In this document: piece by piece, positions 27,826-38,548 of the stretch | Layout of the letters: the number at the start of each line of letters is the position of its first letter | Numbering within the stretch: position 1 is the stretch's first letter | Origin: Pirellulales bacterium | Lineage (GTDB): Bacteria > Planctomycetota > Planctomycetia > Pirellulales > PALSA-1355 | DNA: 64,000 nt | Direction of reading: 5' to 3' | NCBI GenBank assembly: GCA_963733035.1 | Contig: CAVTBU010000005.1 | Location: 2,752,001 to 2,816,000 of the forward strand | Translations under genes and position numbers: made by a program | Notes under the pieces: generated by a model | Seen by the model: only the letters and a program-made list of their open reading frames with translations | The model's database searches: none | Told to the model about the DNA's origin: nothing

Positions 27826-29052
27826 TTACTGGCCGTCAAACCAGCCAAGAACGCGGGCTTGCTGCTCTTCGAAGGGGAATGGGAGATAAGTGGTCAGCGA
27901 GCGCATCTGCGCCGTCAAGACGCCGCCGGCCGTGGGCTTGTCGTGTTCCAGGCGCTGAACTTGTTTTTCGAGCGCCTCGGCCCGTTTGGCGGCCCGCTCG
28001 ATCGCCGCCTGGCTCTCGACGACGCTTTGGCCGCTTTGCGCTCCTTGCACTGATATCTGTTGGGCCTGGGTTTGCAATCCCAGGAGTCGCCGATCCATGT
28101 CGAAGGCTTGCTTGTTGAGCCCGGCCAGGGTGAAGGCGAGGTTGTTCAAGTTCGCCCTTGTGACCACGTTGGACGTCTGCGTGCGAGAGTTCTGGTTCGG
28201 TTGCTGCAGCGCCATTATTTGTGACTGCACGAACGCGATCTGGGCGGAGACGCGCATCCGATCCGTGCGCAGCGAGGCCAGTTGTCCTCGAATGACCGTC
28301 AGTTGTCGTTCTGCATCCCGATACGTTTCGGTTGCGCTCTGTATCGACTGGCGATTGTCAGCGATTCGAGTTCGGTTGTCCTCGAGTGCATCAACCGTCA
28401 GGTCCTGCTGCTCGTCGTGCTTGGCGGCGGCAAGATCGGCTTTGGTTTGCTGCTGCGTTTTCAATTCGCCCAGTCGATCGATGACCAACTGACGGCCCTC
28501 ATCGTACGGTTCCAGATAAGAGGCTCCAATGGCCGCCAGCACCTGATTCTTCCGCGCGGACTTCGTTTTGGCATCGCCGCCGACTTCGGTTTTCACGAGG
28601 TCGAAATAGCCAAATACGGTTCCCAGGAACCGCGCCGCTTCCTGCCATTCCCCTTGCCCCGGCTGCCCTTTTGGAAAAAGCTCCGACAGCTGCACGCACT
28701 CGTCGAGCGCCGAACCGTAGCGGCGGATTTGAAGCTGGGCCCAAATAGACGCCTTTCTCGCCGACAGATCCTCGGGCTGGCGGTCCAGTTGGTGTTTGAT
28801 CAGCGGCAGTGCGGTTGCGTAGTGATGCTGCTCTAGCAACGCCAGCGCATAGGCATAGTCAATCCGCGAATCCTTCGGCGCGGCTTGCTTCAGCCGGTGG
28901 TATTCGGCCCGCACGGCGTTCACGTCCGACGGGGCGCTGTGCTTGGCCTTGGCAAAGAGGTTCGCTACCGCGTCGCGCAGCGTTTCCGCGGCCGCCGGAG
29001 CGGCAACGAGCACGAGGGCGATGAAGACCAAACTACCGATCCGACGATTCAT
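27826..29052 (-). CDS. Secreted TPR-like/coiled-coil hypothetical protein
   Basis: Signal peptide MNRRIGSLVFIALVLVAAPAAA, helical-repeat N half, long Gln/Ala-rich heptad region. Confidence 0.75.
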   Translation of the reverse strand: MNRRIGSLVFIALVLVAAPAAAETLRDAVANLFAKAKHSAPSDVNAVRAEYHRLKQAAPKDSRIDYAYALALLEQHHYATALPLIKHQLDRQPEDLSARKASIWAQLQIRRYGSALDECVQLSELFPKGQPGQGEWQEAARFLGTVFGYFDLVKTEVGGDAKTKSARKNQVLAAIGASYLEPYDEGRQLVIDRLGELKTQQQTKADLAAAKHDEQQDLTVDALEDNRTRIADNRQSIQSATETYRDAERQLTVIRGQLASLRTDRMRVSAQIAFVQSQIMALQQPNQNSRTQTSNVVTRANLNNLAFTLAGLNKQAFDMDRRLLGLQTQAQQISVQGAQSGQSVVESQAAIERAAKRAEALEKQVQRLEHDKPTAGGVLTAQMRSLTTYLPFPFEEQQARVLGWFDGQ

Positions 29053-30884
29053 GTCCAACGACCGTGGCCGCCAGGCCCGGCACCAATACCGCAATGTCTT
29101 CGAGTGGCGAATCATCGTGCACCAGAAGGCACTGCTTCCCAACGAAAAACGTGGCGAAATCACTCACCAACAGGTTATACACTTCTTGAGAAGGTTCGAT
29201 TTCAATCGCATCGACGGTGAAGTCCTGGTCCAGACCGCGAATCCTTGCACCAACTTCCAGGTGGCCGGCCAATTGCCAGCCGTGGCCGACAACCCAGAAC
29301 GGGTGACCGTGAGTTGCCCGAATCGTTTCCGAGCCGCATTGCAGTTTGATGATCTTGATCTCGCATCGCAAAGTTTGGTTCTGAACGACTTTGTAGGCCA
29401 ACTCGCCGGTCACCGGATTTTGCGATAGCACGCGGTCGCCGGCCTGAATGCTCTCGATCGGCCGCTCACCAAGCCAGGTCATGACCGGCGTCCCAGCGGC
29501 GAAACATTCGTGGTGAGTGAATATATAACGAGGAGCAGGTTGACTGGGGGCGACGGGTCCGGTGGGTGCGCTGGGAGCGGCGGGTGCACTGGGAAGCGAG
29601 ACATATCCCGCTTGTTCTGAGACGTTGAACTTCTGCACGACGCCCGACGGTTCCGGCGCTTCACGACCATAGTATTCGTCGTATTGTTTTTCCCACAGCA
29701 GGGGGTCGTCCGGACTTTCAAAGCCGGTGGTCGAATGCAATACGAACTCCAAACGCTCACGCAATTTCCGGTTGGCCGATTCCGTCGCCGCTACGCGTCG
29801 TTCAATAGTGGCTGCTTTGCGAACCTCGTTGCCCACTGCCCAGGGAATTACACGCTGCGCCATGCCAGCGTCCGCATACACAGTCGACTCGTAGCTAAAA
29901 ACCTGAGTCCCTTGTTTCCCGCGAAATTCGACCTCATGCTCGTGGATCACGGTACCGTTTGCCAGCGGCAACACAGAGAACCGGGTCTTTACCGAATTGG
30001 GCATTGCCTCGATCAATTGGGGCACGTAGGCGTGCATCGGGCGCCGCTTCAGCGCCTCGCAAGCCGCCGCTCGCACGGTCTGGGAGTCCGCCCAGACTGC
30101 CCGGCGGAGCAAGACCTGCGTCGCCTCGGCTTCTGGCATCCGGCTGGCAACGTCGATCAATGCCATGTTCCGTCGATTCGATCTTTCTCCCGCGGCGTTT
30201 GACGCGAATGCAAGTTCAAGTGCACTGAGCGCGCCGGGATCGGAGAGCGCATGGAGATCGTCAAGAGCCGCCGCTGTCTTCTTGGGGTTACCACTATCGA
30301 TCGCCGCGCGCCATTTCGTGATTTTCGGATGCCACCCGCGGAGCTCCTGCAGTCGTCTGGCGGCCGCTTGCTTCTCATCGTCGATTTGCGCGTGTCATCA
30401 AGCGGCCTTCATGCCACTTCAGGCCAAGAGCGTCGATCGCTTCGCGGTCCGTGGGTTCGAACTCGAGTACCTTGGTCCAGTGCAACCGTGCCTCTGAGGG
30501 CAATAGGTTCTTGTGGCACCACCGGGCGAGCTCGCGATGGTTGGCGGCCGTATCGACCAGGGCATCGCGTCGTTCTCGATAGGCCACGAGCGTCTTGTCG
30601 TCCGCGGCTTGTTGCGGCACGTCTTGCGGCTTCAACCACTGGTCGCCGACCTGCACGTAGCCCAACTGCCAGCGGGCCGGCGAGAAACTCGGATCCAGCG
30701 CGATCGCCTGTTGCAGCAACGCGGCCCGAGCTTCGCCGCTGCTCCCCGAAAGCTCGGCTTGCAGGGCCTGATCCACGAGCCGCCGCGCGGGAGATGTCTC
30801 GGCCGCATGCGAGCCGCGACCGAAGAACGTCACTGTGAAGACAAAGCAACTCGCCAGGACCGCCGCGCGCAGTGTGAATCGCAT
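29033..30884 (-). CDS. Secreted helical-repeat protein with C-terminal pretoxin-type Hint domain; 2-nt frameshift at about 30390
   Basis: ORF 30375-30884 (signal peptide, LARWC) continues after a GC insertion into the frame of ORF 29033-30166. Hint motifs: CFAAGTPV, IESIQAGDRVLS, ATHGHPFW, VYNLLV..F.V....LVHD. Confidence 0.85.
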
Positions 30885-31053
30885 GACCCGAACCTCCGTT
30901 CCAGAGAGAGAGCCGCTGTCGCCGACGCGTGTAGTAATCCTACGCCCGCATTCTCCCCCTTTTGGTATGTAATGTCAACAGAATATACGCGGCGCCGGTT
31001 GGCCCGGTTCGCTTCGCCGCGCAGGATAGCGCGATGCGCGCGGTGAGCTTACG

Positions 31054-31093
31054 AAAAAGAAAGAGACCGCCCGAATCGTTTTCGGGCGGTCTC
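31054..31093 (-). terminator. Intrinsic terminator
   Basis: GAGACCGCCCGAA/TTCGGGCGGTCTC 13-bp perfect inverted repeat with an A-rich run on the + strand, just after the 31125 stop. Confidence 0.85.
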
Positions 31094-31124
31094 GTTTGGA
31101 GATTGCAATTTGAAAGTTAGCCGA

Positions 31125-32957
31125 TCAGTTGGTCGTCTCGGCTGTCTTGGTCTGGCTGACAGTCTTATCCGCGTCCTTCTTCTTGGTGCCGGCCAGTTCC
31201 TTCGACAGATCCTGTTTCGGATCGACCGACGTGTAGAAGCCGAACATCATCTCCTCCCAGGTCTGGTCGCCGTAGGTGACCTCCTGGTTCGGATCGGGGT
31301 TGGCCAGGTTGTCGGCCGAGTTGTCGAAATGGGCCGTGCACACCAGACGGCTGCCCTTGGGCATCAACTTCGGCTCCTTGAGCATGTACCGCAATTGCCA
31401 GTTGAAGTCGTAGTGCGGCACGTCGAGCAGCACTTCGCTGGTGCCGTCGGGGTACTGAGCCACGTACTTGAAGTCCTTGCCCCGCACGTGCATGTGCGGC
31501 GTGAGGTTGATCAGCAGCGTGTCTTTGAAGAACAGGTGCTTGGCGACGATTTCGTAGTTCGGGTCGTTTGGCGGAATCCGGAAGGTGGCATTGCCCACAA
31601 CCCCGCCGCGGATCTGTTTCTTCACGGTCTCGCGGTCGGCGAACTTCACCCCAACCATGCTGCGGTCGTTTTGGGCCACACCGTTGGTCGTGTAGTGCAT
31701 TTGGAACACCAGCTTCGAACCGGCCGGCACGTGAAGGGCCGTCCCTGGCGGGCAAACGTTCGGTGTCATGCCGGGAGCATAACCGCCGATGCCGCCGCGG
31801 GCCGCAAAGTCGCCGCCACCCGGAGCCTGCACGAAGACGATAATGTGATGCACCACGCTGCGATTGCCGGGTCGGCTTTCCGTGGCTTGAATCCATTTGT
31901 CTTCCGTCCAGCCCGGATCGACCGAGAAGTACTGATAATCGACCGTCCCTTCGGCCGGCACGTCGTACGGCTTGTCGGCCATGTAGATCACCTGGTCCGG
32001 CTCGCCGATTTGCCAGCCTTCGACAAATTTGCGCGGCTCGGGCAAATCCTTGGCATCTCCCTCGGGGCAACCGGCATCGACCCAAGCGTTCAGTTGCGAC
32101 TTCTCTTCGTCGCTCAAGCGAGCGTCGTTGAGAAAGTGACCGTAGCGCGGGTCGGCGAACCAGGGAGGCATGCGCCCTTCGTCGATCACTTCGCGAATCG
32201 TTTCGGCCCAGGCTGACACGTCGTCGTAGCTGGTGAGCGTGAACGGCGCGACTTCGCCTTCCCGATGGCATTCGACGCAACGCTTTTGCATGAACCGCGC
32301 GATCTGGTTCGAGTAGGTGATCTTCGAGTCCGGTTTCGGTTCCGGCTGGCTCACACGGCCGATAAAGCAACCGTGGGCCTCGACAATCGGATGCGTCACC
32401 TGCTTGCCGGCGAGCATCTCGAGGATGGCGTCGGCCAGAAACCGATTCCGAAGCTTCGGTTTGACGTAACCGGCACCCGTCTTGAAGCCGTATTGATCAT
32501 CGATGCGGCCCCAATAGCGGATCACGTGATCCTTGTCGAGCAGAAAGACTTCCGGCGTGCGAACCGCGCCGAGCTTGTCCGCCACGACGTTGTTATTGTC
32601 TTTAAGCACCGGGAACGTCAGCTCGTGCGAGCGGGCATAGGTTGCCACTTCGCTCAGTGTGTCTTGCACGTTGGAGTTGATGGCCATAAAAGCCACCCCG
32701 TCTTTTTCGAATTCGGCGGCCAGATCCTTCAGCCGCGGCGCGTAGTTCCTTGCCAGGGGGCATTCCGTGCCCACGAAGGCCAGCACCACCGGTCGACCTT
32801 GGTAGTCGTCTAGCGAATGCGGCTTGCCATGAAAGTCGGGGAGCGTGAAGTTCTCGACTTGCTTGCCGATGGGGGAATCGGCCGCGTCTGCCGCCAGGGC
32901 CACAGACGCATAGCAGGCAATCGCGGCAGTCAGTGCCAATTGCCAGAATTTGCCCAT
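31125..32957 (-). CDS. Redoxin + cytochrome c + copper type II ascorbate-dependent monooxygenase-like protein
   Basis: Signal peptide, redoxin domain (GTECP, GAVRTPEVF), CVECH, and Cu-ligand motifs VHHII, QMHY, PHMH, EEMM. Confidence 0.85.
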   Translation of the reverse strand: MGKFWQLALTAAIACYASVALAADAADSPIGKQVENFTLPDFHGKPHSLDDYQGRPVVLAFVGTECPLARNYAPRLKDLAAEFEKDGVAFMAINSNVQDTLSEVATYARSHELTFPVLKDNNNVVADKLGAVRTPEVFLLDKDHVIRYWGRIDDQYGFKTGAGYVKPKLRNRFLADAILEMLAGKQVTHPIVEAHGCFIGRVSQPEPKPDSKITYSNQIARFMQKRCVECHREGEVAPFTLTSYDDVSAWAETIREVIDEGRMPPWFADPRYGHFLNDARLSDEEKSQLNAWVDAGCPEGDAKDLPEPRKFVEGWQIGEPDQVIYMADKPYDVPAEGTVDYQYFSVDPGWTEDKWIQATESRPGNRSVVHHIIVFVQAPGGGDFAARGGIGGYAPGMTPNVCPPGTALHVPAGSKLVFQMHYTTNGVAQNDRSMVGVKFADRETVKKQIRGGVVGNATFRIPPNDPNYEIVAKHLFFKDTLLINLTPHMHVRGKDFKYVAQYPDGTSEVLLDVPHYDFNWQLRYMLKEPKLMPKGSRLVCTAHFDNSADNLANPDPNQEVTYGDQTWEEMMFGFYTSVDPKQDLSKELAGTKKKDADKTVSQTKTAETTN

Positions 32958-33085
32958 CTTAACACCTCGGTTACGAAATTCCTTCGGGATCTGTAATCCG
33001 ACGCCAGTTGGCCGGGGAGCCTGATTTGCTAGGGGGTACTACCCGGCCGGCAAGTGTCATGTTTCTAAAAAACAGAATAACGATT

Positions 33086-33775
33086 CTAAAATGGAAGTCC
33101 ACCTCCGCGACGGGGCGGAAACTTGAATTCCGCTCCCTTCATCTTGTCGAACTGCTCGCGTTGCTCGGGAGTCAGGATGGCAAACGCCTTCTCACTGAGC
33201 TCGTCGCGGAGTTTGGTCATTTTTTCGCGGATCTCTCCCTGGTCGCCGCCACCGGCTCGCAGTTTCTGAAATGCTTCTTGCATCGCAGCGTTGCCTTCTT
33301 CGCGGATCTCCTCGAGTTTTTTCCTCTGATCATCGCCGAGTTTCAGGGCCGCGGCCACGTCTTCGTCTTCCAGGGCCTGGGCGCCGCGTGCTTGCAGCGA
33401 TAGCTCCACGAGACGTGTTTCCTGTTCGTCCTCCAGAATGTTATCGACCTTCTCCTTGATTTCCTCCCCCTTGTCCGAAATCATCTGCAGCACCTCGGGC
33501 ATCATTTCCTTCTGCTCGTCCTGGGTGAGATCTTGCAAGCCCGAGAGAATCTCGAACGCTTCCTGCTGCAGCTGCGACGACAGGGCCTGGAGCTTTTCTT
33601 TTTGCTCGTCGTTGAGCTTCAACTCTTTCTGTACTTCATCCCCGCGGAGCAAAAACACGTTTTGCAGCGAGGCCGGAAACTTGAGCCCCCGCAGGTTCAA
33701 CTGCGCCTCGGCCCGCGGGGCTAACGTTAGCAGCAGGGCCAGGGTCGCGCCAGCCAACAGGAATCGGCGAATCAT
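33086..33775 (-). CDS. Secreted helical protein with Spy/CpxP-like LTxxQ repeats
   Basis: Signal peptide; VQKELKLNDEQKEKL, LKLGDDQRKKL and ILTPEQREQF repeats; GAGGAG RBS. Confidence 0.75.
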   Translation of the reverse strand: MIRRFLLAGATLALLLTLAPRAEAQLNLRGLKFPASLQNVFLLRGDEVQKELKLNDEQKEKLQALSSQLQQEAFEILSGLQDLTQDEQKEMMPEVLQMISDKGEEIKEKVDNILEDEQETRLVELSLQARGAQALEDEDVAAALKLGDDQRKKLEEIREEGNAAMQEAFQKLRAGGGDQGEIREKMTKLRDELSEKAFAILTPEQREQFDKMKGAEFKFPPRRGGGLPF

Positions 33776-34429
33776 GTGGAAGCTCCTCACAAGCACGGGA
33801 TGAGTAATGTGGTGAACCGCTGGACCGACGAACGGAGCACCGGTCGATGCCAGCGAATCGTTGTGTCTACGGCCAAAGACCTTACCTTGCCGCGTTGGCG
33901 GCAGTTTCAAACGCGCGACAAGCACGCCTTCGACGACCGATCGGCACACTTGGGGGGAGAGGGCCCGTACCGGGGGGGCGAGCATTCCGGGACATTATGG
34001 ACCGCCGTTCTACGTTCTGCAACAGTTGGCCGACCGTTGTCGGCCGCAATCCCAGCAAGCCTCTGTTTCCAGCGCCTTCAGGCCAATCTTCAGCGCGTTA
34101 CGCGGTTTCCGTGGCTGTGGCCGGAACTCTCGGATTATCGGTTCCTCGAGCGTCGTCGAGCAACGTCAGCTGAATTGACGTTTTTGTCGCGCAACGTCCG
34201 CCACGCCGGGCGTCAAGGGCGGCCGAGGGTCCGGTAGACGACGTCGCATTTTTTTGGAAAAGCGGACATGCAATCGAGGAATATTTTTGCGTCGTATGTT
34301 GTTTGGAACTAATTTTCTTGACCGTGCTTGGGGGTCGACGGCACACTAATCTGCGGGACACTCGCCGCTTGAAAGGGGTAATGCGCGATTACGTGCGGTC
34401 GGTTTTCCACAAAAACGGAATGAGTGTGA

Positions 34430-35100
34430 ATGAGCGAACTGAATCATGACGCGGGGTACGATCTCGCGAACGGCAGAGTTGCAGACTTCATCCCCCGCGA
34501 TGATTTTGTTACGCTGACCCATGCCGCTCGCGACGGCTGTGCCGAGTCGCTTGGACAACTTGTCGATCGTTGCCGTAACTACCTGTTGTTGGTTGCCAAC
34601 CGAGGACTCAACCCCGATCTGCGAGTAAAGGTCGGCGCATCGGACTTGGTGCAGGAAACGCTGCTTGCAGCGCAACGCGGTTTCGATCGGTTCGAGGGTT
34701 CCTCGGACGCGGAACTGCGACTCTGGCTGCGGCGTATCCTGCTCAACAAGATGGCCAGCGCCACCGAACCTACTTTCAAACCGCGAAGCGTGAGGCATCG
34801 CGCGAGCGGCCGTTGCCGAGTCAGGCGGATAGCGGAGCGTTTCAACCGTCACTGGTCGATCCGAGTATCACACCAGGCGGTCTCGCGCTTGCCAGAGAAC
34901 AGTCCGGGATCATTGAACGCGAGTTGGCGCGACTGCCCGCGCACTATCGCCAGGTGATCGAACTGCGCTGCTTCGAACGAATGTCGTTCATCGAGACGGG
35001 GCAGATCCTGCAGATTTCCACCGACGCCGCCCGCAAGCGGTGGTGTCGTGCTATTGAACGGTTGCGGCAGCAATTGGAAGCCAGCGATGAGTCCAGATAA
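34430..35100 (+). CDS. ECF sigma-70 factor (planctomycete kinase-associated type); 1-nt frameshift at about 34760
   Basis: [32 protein letters not shown] (region 2); region 4 [28 protein letters not shown] is in the next frame. Confidence 0.85.
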
Positions 35101-38100
35101 GGTCGGAAAGAACATTGATTCACTCGAAGACGCGTTCGAGTCGATCGTCCTGGCTTACGACGAGGCGCTGGCCGCGGGCACCGATCCATCGCCTTTAGAT
35201 ACGGCCACAGTGCCGCCGGAACTTGCAGAACGGGTGCGTTCTGCCCGTTATTGTCTCAGTCAACTTGAGCAGGCTCGTCGTCGGCGCGAGTGGCCGACTG
35301 ACTCCGAATCCTCTTGGTCGGTTTCCGTGTCCAGTGCGGCGATGGATTCTGAAGCAGAGGCGCCATTTCCTTTCGCCCAAGGAAGAGTCGGCCGGTTTGA
35401 ATTGGAGCGCGAATTGGGTCGTGGCGGCCACGGGGTCGTGTTCCTGGCGCGCGATCCGGCGCTCAACCGACTGGTGGCCCTCAAGGTGCCACGCCCGGAA
35501 GTGCTATTGACTGCCGACCTGTCGCGCCGCTTCCTGCGCGAAGCATATGCTGCCGCTGCGCTCAAACATCCCAATTTGGTGGCCGTTCACGAGGTCGGGG
35601 AGGACGGCCCGCTGCATTACATTGCCACGGAATACTGCGACGGTCCGACGCTTGCTCAATGGGCCCAGCGGCAGGACGCGGTCCCCATTCGCGACGCCGT
35701 ACGAATTGTCGCCGCGCTCGCCGACGGCGTTGCCGAAGCGCATCGCCAAGAGATCCTGCACCGTGACATCAAGCCGGGCAATGTTCTGTTGGAGCCGATC
35801 GCCGATTCGAGTCACGGCCAGCTCGACTTCACTCCCAAGCTAACGGATTTCGGTTTGGCAAAGCTGTCGGAATTCGATGGCGATGCCACTCGAACAGGCG
35901 TGTTGCTGGGAACTCCCTCGTACATGGCACCCGAGCAAGCGGCCGGCCGCATACAGGACATCAAACAGACGACCGACGTTTATGCGTTGGGCGCGGTGCT
36001 CTACGAGCTGCTTACCGGCCAGCGCCTTCCAAGGCGCCTCGGACGTCGACACGCTACGGCTGGTCGTCGACAGCGAACCGGTTAGTCCGCGACAACGACG
36101 CGCCGAGATCTCTCGCGACCTCGAGGCGGTGTGCCTGAAGTGTCTGGAAAAGCAGCCGGCCAGGCGTTACGGATCGGCAGCAGCCTTGGCGGCCGACTTG
36201 CGGCGCTGCCTGTCGGGAGAGCCAACCGTGGCGCGGCCCCTTGGTTTGCCGCAAAAACTGGGACGCTGGGCGAAGCGTCGCCCGGCAGTCGCGGCGCTGG
36301 CAGCTACGTTGATCGTCTCGTCGCTGATTTTGGTGAACGTGCAGGTGTGGCATTCGGCGACCTTAAGTGCCGCTCTGGAAGCCACGAGGTTGCAGCGCGA
36401 TACTGCCGAGCGCATGCGTGCCCAAGCCGATGCGAACGGCCGCTTGGCGGCCGAGCAGGGCGAGATCGCCAACCAACATCTGTATGCGGCCCGCATGCGG
36501 CTGGCTTATGAAGCCATGAACCAGGGCGAGCTCCCCGACGCACTTGAGTTACTCGAGGCGTATGAACCTCCAGCGACACTCGCCGATCTGCGCGGTTTCG
36601 AATGGTACTACCTGCAGCGACTCTTGCACTCTGAAGAGTTTGTGCTGAATGCCCACGGAGAGGCCTTCGCCGTGGCCTTCACGCCCGATGGCAGGTTGCT
36701 GGCCTCTGGCGGCGAGGACGGCAGGGTCGTCCTCTGGGATCCCCAAACTGGCAAGAAATTTGACGAGTTTCAAGCGCACACCAGTTGTGTCAATAAAATC
36801 GCCTTTTCTCCCGACGGACAGCTGATGGCCAGCGGAGGGTGCGACAACGCAGTACGTCTGTGGAGCGTCGACCCCTACCAGGAATTGGCGACACTGCTGG
36901 CGGCCGACAAGTACGTTACGTATGTCAGCTTCTCCCCCGACGGCAAATGGCTGGCTGCCATTGCGGATGACGGGCTTGCTGTCGTCTGGCAAGTCGCGAC
37001 GCGGGAAGTTGTCCATAGTGCGACACTCCGTGGCAATGGAACATGGCTGGCCTGGAGTCCGGACGGGACGCAACTTGCAATCGGTACAACCGATGTGCTG
37101 CAGGTTTTGGATACCGAGTTCTGGAGCGAGCGTCGACTCTTGAGTCGGCGAACAATTTCCGGCATGTTTTGCCGTGATTCGCGCAGTCTGCTGCTGCAGG
37201 ACAATTCGCTGGAATTGCTGGCGGTCAAGTCAAAGAGTCGCCCCGTGCAATTATTGCAAAGAGTTTGGAACTCTCCGATTCTGGCAGCCTCGCCGAGTGG
37301 CCGATGGCTGGCCCTATCCGACCACCGTGAGCTGATTCAGCTCTACGAGGCAAAAGCCGCGCTGCAGGGTCCAGGCCCAAATCTGTCGGCGAGCGAAGAC
37401 AACGACGCCAACCAGGGTGTGGACGATTTGCGGCCGCACAAGTTTCGCACTTTGGCCGGGCATTCAGACGTCATCAAGGACGTCGCGTTCTCTCCTGATG
37501 GACATCAGCTTGCCAGCGCCTGCGCGACGGCACGATTCGCCTCTGGAACGCAACAGCGACAGGCGGCTCTATTCCGGTCTTGCAATTAGACTTGAGTTTC
37601 GCGGGCGGTATGTCGCACCAGGTCGCGATGGACAAAAATCTAACCCGACTCGCGGTGTCGGGTTGTGACCGACCTTTCGAGTTGTGGGACGTGTCCGACC
37701 TGCGGCGACCGGAGCCACTTGCATCGCCTCCAGACGGTCCCTCGGACTGGCACAACGTCGCGTTCGGTCCCGATGAGGAATCAATCATCTGGACAGCTGT
37801 CGAGCACGGCAAAATCGCGCTTTGGGACGGCCGTTCGCAAAGTCAGCGCACGGTTGCCGAACCGAACGCTTACATCCATAAGTTTTCGGCATCTTTAGAC
37901 GGCACTACGGTGGCGACAATCACGAACGATCGGAAAGTGTGTGTTTATGATGTGCAAACTGGGGAGCGACGGATGGAGTGGTCGCTGCCCCCGCGGGAAA
38001 CCGCGGAGGAGTCCGCAAGGCAATTCGAAAAAATCGAACCGTACTTATCACCTGGCGGCCAAAGATTGTTGCTTTACGCGAGGCCCGTCGGTCCTACTCG

Positions 38101-38515
38101 CATTTACGACCTGCAAGCCGGCCAGTTCGAGAACGTCAACGACACCAAACTTCCGGAGTTCCGCGGCCTTGATTTCTCCGCCGACGGTCGCCTGATCGCG
38201 GGACCTCTTGATAACACCGGGCTGGTCGTGGCAGACGCGGTTTCGCACGATGTCCTCGCCCGCATGCGAATGCCATCGTTGGCTGGTTTGGTTGCATTCT
38301 CGTCCGATGCGCGCACTTTGGCGTCAGTCGGTGCCGACGGCCGCGTTCACCTGTGGGGCGTGGCGACCGGCCAAGAACTACTCGCGCTGGATGAGTTGTC
38401 TGGAAACGTGCTCTTATTGAAGTTTTCCGCCGATGGCAAGCGGCTGGGGGCGGTCGTCAGGGACGAAGAAAAGTCGACTGGGAAACTCTTTATCTGGTCA
38501 GTGGAACCATCTTGA
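35087..38515 (+). CDS. Ser/Thr protein kinase with WD40 repeats; frameshifts at about 36024 and 37520
   Basis: [44 protein letters not shown] helix, LRGFEWYYL and multiple WD40 repeats spread over three ORFs that join in register. Confidence 0.88.
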
Positions 38516-38548
38516 AACGACTGCCTTTGCGGCAGCATTTCGCGACGT

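Noticed and set aside
27826..30884. Polymorphic toxin-immunity pair
   Set aside because: No toxin domain follows the Hint domain, and the downstream gene is a large secreted coiled-coil protein rather than a small immunity protein.
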